Shown here one piece after another: positions 43,082-54,592 of a stretch of 64,000 bases of DNA; positions within the stretch are counted from its first letter, which is position 1, and every line of letters starts with the position of its first letter. The stretch lies in NCBI RefSeq assembly GCF_009914755.1, contig NC_060929.1; one strand, written 5' to 3'. Both the position numbers and the translations under genes were made by a program. This stretch comes from the human T2T-CHM13v2.0 reference genome, Homo sapiens. The notes below the pieces were generated by a model. That model was not told the DNA's origin and searched no databases. It saw nothing but the letters and a program-made list of their open reading frames with translations.

Positions 43082-45660
43082 AAAGAACGGTTTAGCTATT
43101 GAACTTGTTTCCAAAAAGCTTGAAATACGTATTTTAATATTATGAAATAGATCTTGTGGTATTTTTTGCTTTCTTCAACCATTAGGTTTCAAGTATGAAC
43201 CATAATTCCAAATGTCCATAAATTATCATATTTGCAAACCTTAAACCAATAGCAGAATAAATTATTTCCCTTCTGCAAATCCTGTCTGGAGTTCTTTTTC
43301 TTTTTCTTTCTTGGCATACTATTTTCCACCTTTCCAAATGTCCTCATGTTATTATGTGCTCACACTTCCAACAGGGCAAGCAATGATCATTTCTGTCTGG
43401 AAGGCGTAACTGGTCCATGTATAATGGAGGAGACTGAAGGAGATCTGTGAAGTGTGTGCCTATAAGAGCTACTCATTTTAGTTTTATGAGTTAGGAGTCA
43501 GAACTATGGTTTTCTCTCTATTTTTTTTTCTTTGCCTTTTAAAACCTAGCATTTTATAAGTATTAAGTAAGGCCGTTACAATTCAACTTTGTCAATGTTG
43601 CACCAAACATGGGCTTTTAAACCAGATGTGTTCTCAATTAGGATATCTTCTAAAATTCAGGTAGTTTACAATTTTTAGTTGCTAATATTGTGAAGAAAAG
43701 AAGTGACTTCCAGACTGTGTGTATGTGTGTCTGTATACATAGATACATCTCCTCACCTATAGTGTACATATTCACACTCAAAATTCCATGCTTTGCTCTT
43801 TTTATGGTTTTGGTCATTGGCAGCAGGAAATATATTTTTATCTTGAAGTAATTGTCCTTTTGACTTCAAGTGACACACATCAGGATTAATTAAAAGTTAA
43901 TTGGCAAGTCTTCCAAATGTTAGCTCTATACTTTTAAAAATAATCTGTATATGTCAGCTTCAAAATCTCGTAAAAGCAATACAGACAGGTTCTTCTCCTG
44001 CCGAATGAACAAGTAAAAATTTCTTCTGTATTTCAAGGGGCTTTTTTTTTCAGCGTGAGAAATCTTTTTTGAAAGAAGTCTCTTTCTCATTTGCAGATCA
44101 TAGGACTATTTTCACTTCTTGTCCATTCTCACATTTGGATAAAACAACTTTGTTTTTGAATGCATACATAAGCCACCTGGCTTGCTTTTCATCGTCAGCC
44201 TAATGGGTGAATGGAATGAGACTACCAGCAGCTTGAAGCAAATCTAGAAAGGGCTGTTCTGACAATTTCTAAGTCCTGAAAATAGCACACTGCCTTTCTG
44301 ATAGTGTATTCAATTCATTTAAATGGTTGTGCTGAGGGAAAATCATTTCTCCTTCTGTTGCTCCTGCCATTATTTTCTGCTTCTTTTGCCATTTGACTTG
44401 ATTCACTGACTCTAAGATCTCCGCCACCTTCCTAAACACAACTTGAAAAAAATTACTTTGTCAAGGATGAGGGCTTTTCTATTTTTTCACTGATCAAATT
44501 CAATTGCATATTTAATGATTTATTAAAATATACATATACAACATAACATAGATATTTTTGCAACTGGAGATACATTGATAAAAGCAGCACATTGGGCAGT
44601 GTAAATTGTCCAGATAGGGTGGAACTCAAGCAAAATCCACAGTAGTGCTTACAGGCAGGCTAATTTGGGGGAAGAAAGAATAAAAAAAGGATGGGACATC
44701 CGTTTCCTCCACCTTTGTAAAGCATTTATCATTTTGAGGTAGAAACAGTAAAATGTTTCTTTTCAAGATTTTTAGTTTATACTTTTGAGATTTTTTGTTA
44801 TTGTTCTTGTTGACTTACAGGTGTCTCAGTTTCAGGAAACACTGAAAGTGACTTAAACAGATACAGTACAAAAGGATACATTGAAAAATCACTTGGAAAA
44901 TAAATGGCATGGAAAAAAATGGCAAGCGGAAAGACCATGTAAATCCAGCAGGGAGTACACAGAACATGTTTTGGTCAAAATTATTTACTAAATCTATTAC
45001 TAATGGATGGCTACAAATTATCTCAAACCAACCTCACAGTTAATGCAAAGAAGATGGCACAGTCAGTTAACTAATTTATGACAGTAATAAAATCAAATTA
45101 GTTACTTAGGAGAGAAAAAAATTACACCCCTACTAAAACTAACTTCCAGTTAAATGTCAGTAAAATCACTGTTTAAGGGGTTGGAATAATGTGGGCCACA
45201 TATTATTTTCCAGTATTGTCAATAATACTTAATTAAATTAGCTAAATAGTTTTATTGCATTACCTAACATAAGCCAGATAAATATTGGAGTACAGTAATA
45301 ATAACAAAGGAAACACTATGCACCATAACCTTGACTCAGTAATTTTTTGATATAAAGCCCTTCAGTTGATTTTGATTTACAAAAGCGAGAGAAAATACAG
45401 AATTCTCTAGTGAAGACTGCTATTTGATTAATCAAAAAAAATTCCCCACCAACTCTGATTCTTCTATTATTTTTTATAAGCATCACTATCCAGAGGCCTC
45501 TTTGCATCTCAACTCCTTCAGCTTATTGTAACCTGCTTACTTCAAAACCAATATATGAGAAAAAGTACGTCCTAACGTAAATCTCCACAAGTTTATCATT
45601 TCTATATTGTACTGGAGGTTCTAGCTAAAACAATTAGGTAATTAAAAGATAAAGAACCCA

Positions 45661-45984
45661 GGCCGACAGTGGTGGCTCACGCCTGTAATCCCAGCACTTT
45701 GGGAGGCCAAGGTGGGCGGATCTCGAGGTCAGGAGATGGAGACCATCCTGGCTAAAATAGTGAAATCCCGTCTCTACTAAAAATACAAACAAAAAAAAAT
45801 TAGCCGGGCATGGTGGCGGGCGCCTGTAGTCACAGCTACTCGGGAGGCTGAGGCAGGAGAATGGTGTGAACCTGCCAGGGTGGAGCTTGCAGTGAGCCGA
45901 GAAAGCGCCACTGCACTCCAGCCTGGGCGACAGAGCGAGACAGAGCGAGGCGAGACTCCGTCTCAAAAAAAAAAAAAAAAAAAA
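45661..45984 (+). mobile_element. AluY
   Basis: gagaccatcctggctaa and gagaatggtgtgaacc diagnostics; TSD ~aagaaccca/aggaaccca; internal gacagagcga duplication. Confidence 0.93.
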
Positions 45985-46075
45985 AGGAACCCAGACAGAT
46001 TTAAAAGGGAGAAATAGGACCACATTCTTTTGCAGATTACATGATCTTATATGTGGAAAATTATAAGAACTACAA

Positions 46076-46115
46076 ATAATTGCAAAAACCACAATTTCTT
46101 TTGCACCAACCTGAT
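46076..46115. mobile_element. MADE1 (Hsmar1 MITE) half
   Basis: taattgcaaaaaccacaatttcttttgcaccaacctgata corresponds to one MADE1 TIR arm. Confidence 0.8.
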
Positions 46116-47010
46116 AATAAATTAGTTCAGAAATATTTCAGGATACAAGATCAACATACAAAAATCAATTTGTATCCACTAATAATGAAAATTTGAAAAT
46201 ACAATTAATAAATTATTTGTTTTTATAAAAATTATAAATGTTTTACAAAGAAGTACAAGACTTGTATACTGAAAGCTACAAAACAGTATTAAAAGTAATC
46301 AATAAATAGACATATCATGTTCATTGCATTATTTTAAAATTGATTTGCAGATTCAACACAATCCCTATCAAAATCTTAGCTTTCTTTACTTCAGAAATTG
46401 GCAAGTTGATTGAAAAATTTATCTGAAAATGCAAAAGACCCAAAATAGTCAAAAATTCTTGAAAATAAAGAAAAATTTGCAAGACTTACATTTCCCAATT
46501 TCAAAACTCACTATATAGCTTCAGTAATCAAGATATCGTGTTAGTAGCACACTGTAGATGGACATTAGTGAAACAGAATTCTGAGTCCAGAAACAAACTC
46601 TAGGTTAATAGTAAGTTGATTTGCAACAATGAAGCCAAGAAAATTCCATGAAAGAAAGAATAGTCTTTGCAACAAATGGTGCTAGGGCAAATGGAAACTC
46701 ATGTACAAATTAATAAATATGGAATGGTACTTCATAGCATGTAAAACATTAACTGAAAATAGATTACATACATAAATTTAAGAGCTAAAATTACAAAGCT
46801 ATTAGAAGAAAATATAGGCATAATTATTTTTCTTTTTTATATTTATTTTCTCCACTGTACATACATTTCTTTGACCTTGGATTAGGCAGTGGTTTTTAGA
46901 TATAATATGAAACTGCAAGCAATAAACAGTAAAATAAAATAGTATTCACTAAAATTAATAACATTTGCGTTACATCTGTACCTATAATATATTAAAACTC
47001 TTACAACTAA

Positions 47011-47346
<336 letters not shown>

Positions 47347-48485
47347 TAAAAAACAGACAAAGGATTTGAATTGACATTTCTCCAAAGAATGTATATAAAT
47401 GCTCAATAAGCATGTGAAAAAAAGGATCCACATAATTGGTCAAACCATGAGATGCCACTTCCTATGCAATAGATTATCTAATCAAACAGATGGAAAGTAA
47501 GTGTTGGAGAAGATATGGACAAATGGGAACTCTCATGCATTACTGTGGGATTGCAAAATGGTACAGTCACCTTGGAAAACTGTTTCAAATTACTTCATAA
47601 AGTTATACATAGTGTTAACATGTGATCCATCAATCCTGCTGTTAGGTATAAACTCAAGATAGAAAACAATGTATGCACACAAACACACAAGGAGATTCAA
47701 AGCATCATTAGTCACTATAATCATAAGGTGAAAACAACCCAAAATTTCCATCAATGAATAAACAAAATGTGACTTATTTATGCAACAAAATTGTATTCAC
47801 CACAAAAAGGAATGGGTTGTGATACATACTACAAGATTAATGAATCTTAAAAACATTAGGTTGGCTTTTCCTATTGTCTGTTGTTTATTTTTGTGTGCTT
47901 TTTTTACTTTTTCTATGTTTTTGTTTATTTTTGTAGTTTTGAATGCTCTTCCCAGGTTTATAGCGGCAATGAAACTGAGACTATGCTCATAAGCTCAGTG
48001 TTTGAATCCAAAGCATCTTTAAGATATTATTCAGTCAAGTACTGTTCACTCTAAAGGGAAAAGAAAATTAATCCAATTTATTTTATCAGACATAAGCCAT
48101 TTTTGGCTCCAGGGTTCTAAATATAATTACTTCTTTTAAAAGGTGGCTCAGAAGGGAAATTGGAACTCTTCTTAGGACAGGGCTGAAAGACTGTCCTAAG
48201 CAGATCAAAGGTGAGAAACAGCTTGGGAGAGCAGGGCAATTTTATGGGAATGATCCAATTTAGGAGTCATTAAACAAAGAGTTTTGCTGCTATTATTTTT
48301 TTAAGTATAGAAATGAGAAGTGATAACTCTGGTTTGTGATGGATTGGCAAATAAGAAATACAATCAAAGAAGGAAGTTTCTCAAGAATATGTGCTGATGA
48401 ACGCTCTACAGTATATTTTATTTCAATTACCTGGGAATAAATGTAACTAACCTATCCTTGGCAAAGTTTTTCTGTAGGTATCAGG

Positions 48486-48552
48486 AAATCTTTACTGAGA
48501 GACAGGAAAAGATAGAGCAGTAAATCTTTATCGAGCGACAGGAAAAGGTAGA
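48486..48552. repeat. Diverged direct duplication, period 36
   Basis: aaatctttactgagagacaggaaaagataga / aaatctttatcgagcgacaggaaaaggtaga. Confidence 0.85.
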
Positions 48553-51119
48553 TAAATATAGGAGAAAATGAACCACCTAAGATTAGTCTATACCAATAAT
48601 AACAGGATGAAATTTAGAGTCTGTTGCATACCAGTTCTTGGAAGACATACAAGTTATTAAAAAAATCATATCCCAATTTCTCCAACAATCCCTTAAAAAT
48701 CCATTTAAAAAACATAATTTGAATCACCATTTTCTGAGAACATTAAACATTTTTCATATCTTTGCCTTTGTTTGACCAACTACCATTATCATCACTTTTA
48801 TTTTGAAGTCCTATAGACATATGTAGCCAGTTGATATTGCCATCTCCTGCCTTAAAATCCCCTCGTACTATTGCAAAAAAAAAAAAAAAATGGCTCCTTC
48901 ATGTGCTCTGTGGCTCCATTATAACTTAAATTTAATTAAGTTTATTCTATAGCACTTACTATATCTTTGTGAAGCATATAGTAAACTCCTGACAATTATC
49001 CTGTAGCACCTAGAGATAGTAAATGTCTCATGAACTTTTCTCCTCCTTGAATGTCTAACCATTTATTTGCATATAGTAGATAAAATCAAACGATATTTAT
49101 TTAACTAAATTTTACTTTTTTATGGCATATGAGATACGGATTTCAAAGGGATTAACTTTCAAATAAACTTAGGCTGAATAAATGAATGGAATATTTTCTT
49201 TTAATTAGCTTAACTAGTAAATTTGCATGAGTGACTGTATCTCATTTCTGCTTCCAATTCTATTTGCATTTTGGCTTGTATATTTATTGTGGAAAACAGA
49301 AAGGTACCTGTTCCAGGAAATTTTGGCCGGTCAACTTGATGTCCAGAGATGTTCTGCTCCACATTTGGCTCCTCCATTAATTTTAATAGCTTCCTGTAGG
49401 TCTTGAGCTTAATTGTAAGGCACTTCTTGGTGTAATAACTGTCTTATGACAACAATTTATTATTTAAATTTTTTAAGTATGGAGAACTTAAACAATAAAT
49501 AGAAACAAAATTGGCCCCTTAACTGAGAATACCTTCTGTTAGTGTGGCATTTTGCTTCTCTCTGTTTTAAATCAGAGACACAAAATGATGCAGTTAGGTT
49601 TACCTGGGTCTACTTCTTTGAGAAAATAGGTTGTGAATAACTGTGGCAAAATAATAATTTGCCATCACATTTTCAAAATACAATGAAAAAGAAATATCAA
49701 GTTTTTGATTGTTTTGATTATTAAGATGTTTAAAATCTTGTATTTGAGATTCTTATCTTTTAACCTGTGTTGACATTTTGTGTGCTTTAAAATGGACCAC
49801 ATACATTCAGGGGTATTTTAATAAAAATAATTATTATCATAGGAAACTGACATCTTTAATTATTATCTTTACTTATTTTTCTGCTTATAAACCTATGAAT
49901 ATTTATTAAATACAATTTTCAATTTGATCAAGTATTTTAAATGACTTTTTACATAAGTACTCTAACAAAAGATGAGGTTTTTTTCATAGCCTTCTATCTA
50001 TTGTACAATTATCTTTTTCAAATTCTGTTTTGTTTCTTAATTTGCCCCCTCCAGTGTCTACATCCCACTCTTATGGCAATATGATATTTTTGTGAGAAAC
50101 GTGTGAAAATTTGCAAGTGCAAGGAAAGGTACAATAAAATCTAACAAATAGTCAAAGCCCAGCTGCACTTCATGTTTAAACTGCTTTGCACTGCTCAACA
50201 AGAAGCTTTTGGTGAAACTCTGATAAAACCCTTCTGTCACCCTCATCAATTTTATTCATATTTCCCCAGCTCTCAGCTATAGATTATAGGGGAGTTTGTT
50301 GGAAACCAAATGAGTGAAGTATGCTTGGTAATGGTTGGTTCATTCCCTTTTTCTTCATCTCTTCTACAATTCATGAAGTGCCTTTTGAATTTTGTAAAGC
50401 AGTTTTTAGATCAGTTGGAAGTCAGCAAAAATTTAGCATTAATGAGTTCATTTCCACAAAAATTGGCTTATTACCATGCAGGCTTCCAGTGTTTTATGGT
50501 TGTGGTTTTATAGTCATTTCTTTTATTCATTTATAAAGATATTCTCTTACCTGCCACATGTGCAAATAATGAGACCAGTAAAACATCCACTTTTTTAAAA
50601 GTTATTGCAAGTAAGAAAAATATAACTTCAATAATTTATAGTAACTAAAGTAAAATAAAAGTTGTATATAAAAAATTACATATGATTACTGAGAAATTGT
50701 ATTAACCCTATTATTTTATAAAATAAATATTATAGTGGTTATTCTATTAATAATAAAATATCAAATAATAGGGTTTTATGTATAAAAGAAATTCTAGATA
50801 ATTATAAATTTAATTGAAGGAAGATTATAAGTGAATATAATTATAAGTATGTTTAGGAAATGTATATAAGAAAGTTATGTATTCAACAGAGTCTAATATA
50901 TTTAAAACACAGATATATGAAAACAAATTTTATATAAAAATCATTTAGAACAGCAAACTATCAATATTATATATTTTGCTAGTTGATTTTCTAGTGTATA
51001 TATCTATCATGACTTCTAAAAGTGACATTACCTGCATATTCCTTCCCAGTTTTCTCTTAGTTCGTTATCTTTCCTTGATACATTAACATCTAAAAGTAAT
51101 ATAAAATAAATTTTTTATC

Positions 51120-51218
51120 TTCAAGACAGAAGAAAATTTGACAACGGTTGTGAGAGGCCTGTATAAGGAAAACTATGAAATAATTCCGATTAAAACTAAA
51201 GATGACATAAATAAATGA
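51120..51218 (+). mobile_element. L1M ORF2 fragment
   Basis: gtgagaggcctgtataaggaaaactatgaaa...aaagatgacataaataaatg (LYKENY...K.D.NKW-like). Confidence 0.6.
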
Positions 51219-51435
51219 AGCCCAGGAATGCAGACTGCCTCTTGATGCTTGCAAATGAAGAAAATGGATTCTCCCCTAGAGCCTCCAGAAATAAATGCAG
51301 TTTCACACCTTGATTTTAGCAGTGAGACCCGTTTTAGACTTTTGATCTCCAGAACTGTAAGATAGCATATTTGTGTTATTTTTAGCTACTAAATTTGTGG
51401 CATTTTTTTTATGGCAGCAGAAGAAAACTAATGCA
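51218..51435 (+). mobile_element. MLT1C/D LTR 3' half
   Basis: ggattctcccctagagcctccaga...ctccagaactgtaagata...gcagcagaagaaaactaatgca. Confidence 0.8.
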
Positions 51436-51606
51436 AAGTCTTCACTGTAGTTTTGGATGAGGACTACTGCTCAAGCACGACAATTCTTATGCCTCCACTG
51501 AAGACCCTGGGTGTTCAACACTGTTTCTGCACTCTCATGGATTGTAAATCAAGCATCTCCCATCCTACATGTCTTCTGATAATTTTTCAGATATTAGCTC
51601 CCAAAT

Positions 51607-51646
51607 AGTTGTTCTTACACAGCCAGTTGTTCTTACACAGCCAGTT
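51607..51646. repeat. Perfect 18-bp tandem duplication
   Basis: agttgttcttacacagcc x2 plus agtt. Confidence 0.9.
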
Positions 51647-51679
51647 CTTCTTATTGGTCAGATATCCAAAGAATCAAGT

Positions 51680-52032
51680 TGGCCCTATGCAGATAGCAGG
51701 GAACCTGTATGCTGGGCAGTTCTCTCCCTTCTGGTACTCTGCCTCAGTCTCTTGGAATTTCAATTGGTAGGTTGAAGATCTCAGTATTCTGCTTGAGTGG
51801 CTCCTTCTTTTGCCACAATTCAGAAAGTGTCCCACAAAGAGAGAGCTGAGGAAAATCATACCGTGTGTCTCATTTGTTTTCCTTCTTTCAGGGATAATAT
51901 TTCTCAGCTTCCAGTTGCCAAAATTGTAAAAACAGACTTGTTTTATATATACATCTTGCCCAATTTTTCTACTTCATTCTAGTTCTGGGCCATTTCTGGT
52001 ACCAGTTTCTCTGCCACAGCCAGATGTGAAAG
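51680..52032 (-). mobile_element. L1ME 5' end fragment
   Basis: ctcatttgttttccttctttcagggata...aaaaacag...ttttatatat...gtaccagtt resembles ancient L1ME 5' end consensus. Confidence 0.55.
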
Positions 52033-53138
52033 AAGAAACTTAATTTATGATGGATTAAAACATACATATAAGTGTCTGTTTTCTTCACAATTCCATTCTG
52101 TTGCATTTGTATGCATTAATTTCAGAAATTTGTTTGCTCACTGTTTAGTCACTGTTTAACATCTCACTTATTCACATTCATATTTACATTCATATTCATG
52201 TTCATTCTTTTAAAAGCTTTTTTTTTTCTTTTGTGCCTTCATTCACTTTTTCAGGCACATAAACATACAGTCTAAGTACTTTGCTAAACTTAGCAAAGAG
52301 AAACTTCAAAACTTAATGTAATTTTCACATCATGCTTGAAGTGATTAGCCAGCTTTCCAGGTAGGTTGTCATAACCTACACTCAGGCTAGCCAGCAGCAG
52401 ATTTTTAACTTCAGGGATAAAACTTAGAGAATCACCTGAAAATCTCCAGAAAAATATATACAAATTGCATTTTTCTCAGTCTTTTTTTTTGTCACCACCA
52501 GCTTGTGGAAGGGTAAATAACAAACATATTTAGGAGAATAAAAAGAATTATATATTCATGCTTCCTGTTACAACCTCCTTTGCTTACATACCAAAGAGAA
52601 ATTAGGACAATTACTATTTACTTTTCTACTTCATGCCTTATTCTATAACCAACATAAATCCTGAAAATTTGCCTATGAGCATCTTTTAAAATTAAATATA
52701 CCATTGTGCCCCAGTTAATGATTCTTTGCCACAAAATTTAAATAATTAAATTGATAGCCCGCAAATGTATCAACTTGTTTGGCTGAGTTCAAAATTTGAA
52801 GTAGCAGTCTGCAGCAAATCTTTCAGCTTTATGTAGTGCTCTTTCAGGTTAGGTATAAGAATATAAATGGTTTATTCTGAGAATCTAACACTAACATTAT
52901 TATTAGCTCATTCAACTTGTGAATACAGGGGTTTGCTTTAATGCCTTCAAAATAATGTAAATATAATTTATATCATATGTAATTCATTAACTATGGTTTT
53001 TATGACTGATTTCATCATCATGTAGAAAAGCTGCAATAGAATATTGTGAATTCAGGACCTCCTGAGAAAATTGGTCATAAATTTATTATTTTAAAATATA
53101 AGAGCAATGATTTTATATGTATATATATATACATAGTT

Positions 53139-53782
53139 GGCCAGGCATGGTGGCTCATGCCTGTAATCTCAGCACTTTGGGAGGCTAAGATGAGTAGATC
53201 ACTTAAGGTCAGGACTTTGAGACCAGCCTGGCCAACGTGGTAACACCCCATCTGTATTAATCTGTTTTTACTCTGGTGATAAAGACATACCTGAGACTGG
53301 GCAATTTAGAAAGGAAAGAGGTTTAATTGGACTTACAGTTTCACGTGGTGGAAGAAACCGCACAATCATGGCAGAAGGCAAAGAGGAGCAAGTCACGTCT
53401 TACATAAATGGCAGCAGGCAAAGAGAGAGCTTGTGCATGGATACTCTGCCTTATAAAGCCATCAGATCTCGTGAGAATTATTCACTATCATGAGAACAGT
53501 GCAGGAAAGACCCTCCCCTGTAATTCAATCACCTCCCTCCAGGTTCCTCCCACAACATGTGGGAATTCAAAATGAGATTTTGTTGGGGATACAGCCAGAC
53601 CGTACCACCGTATATACCAAAAATACACAAATAAGCCAGGTGTGGTGGCATGTGCCTATAGTCTCGGCTACTCGGGAGGCTAAGGCAGGAGAATTGCTTA
53701 AATCCCGGAGGCAGAGGTTTCGGTGAGCCAAGATAGCACCACTGAACTCCAGCCTGGGCGACCAAAAAAAAAAAAAAAAAAA
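53139..53782 (+). mobile_element. AluS split by a THE1 LTR (53139-53252 and 53608-53782)
   Basis: The Alu sequence resumes exactly after the LTR; the last ~18 nt before the A-tail are missing. Confidence 0.9.
53253..53607 (-). mobile_element. THE1B-like solo LTR
   Basis: tgtattaatc...gaggagcaagtcacgtcttacat...cagccagaccgtacca; flanked by ccatc/ccgta, a decayed CCGTC TSD. Confidence 0.92.
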
Positions 53783-54277
53783 GAGAGATATATATATACG
53801 CTTGCTTGATGTATATATTTGAAGCATCCCAACACTGTGTATCACTCAACTTAGGCATAAGTCATTTTCTCATAAATATATTTTCTACATTAAAGTACTT
53901 CTGCAAAAAATATTCAGAAATATGGATAATTATGTTTATTAATGTTGAATGTATTCTATGATGAAATTGATGAGCTTTTTATTTTGACTTCCCTACAAGA
54001 AAACAGCCTGGTAATTTTCTGAAACATAGTACAATTCACAAATACTAGTCTCCTAGAAAGTTCCCCCATTGTATGTGGTAAAAAATTACTAATTAAGTTT
54101 ATATTTGCTTCTGCCTATGTGTCTGAATTTATCATATTTAATATTTATAATAGCCCTACAATCCATGATAAAATATGCCATAGAAAATACGTACAGCAAC
54201 ATCAAAATCTAAGATGACTGATATACATGGCAGAACTCTTATTTTTTTTTATTTTTTTACCCTTCTGCTAATGATCC

Positions 54278-54592
54278 TAATTTGAAATCCCCACGCCAAG
54301 AGAGGAACCTGATGGAACGTGATTGGATCATGGTGGCAGTTTCCCCAATGCTGCTCTCATGACAGTGAGTGAGTTTTCACAAGATCTGGTGGTTTAACAG
54401 GGTTTTGCAGTTTCCCCCCGCCCTCCTGCTGCCATGTAAGACTGCCTTGCTTCCCCGTCACCTTCCGCCATAATTTTAAGTTTCCCAACGCCTCCCCAGC
54501 CATGCAGAACTGTGGGTCAACTAAATGTCTTTTGTTTACAAATTACCCAGTCTCAGGTAGTTCTTTATAGCAGTGTGAAAACAGGCTAATAC
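54278..54592 (+). mobile_element. MSTA/THE1D-like LTR, 5' end missing
   Basis: gtgattggatcatgg...gtgagtgagttttcacaagatctg...aattacccagtctcaggtagttctttatagcagtgtgaaaac. Confidence 0.85.

Noticed and set aside
45634-46092. 152-aa minus-strand ORF
   Set aside because: Antisense Alu read-through (LSPRLECSG...[13 protein letters not shown]), a classic artefact.
47855-47866. attaggttgg as the possible missing left end of MADE1
   Set aside because: Only 10 bp, and in the wrong position relative to the half-element.
52270-52289. ctttgctaa-ac-ttagcaaag mini-palindrome
   Set aside because: 9-bp arms are expected by chance in 64 kb of AT-rich sequence.
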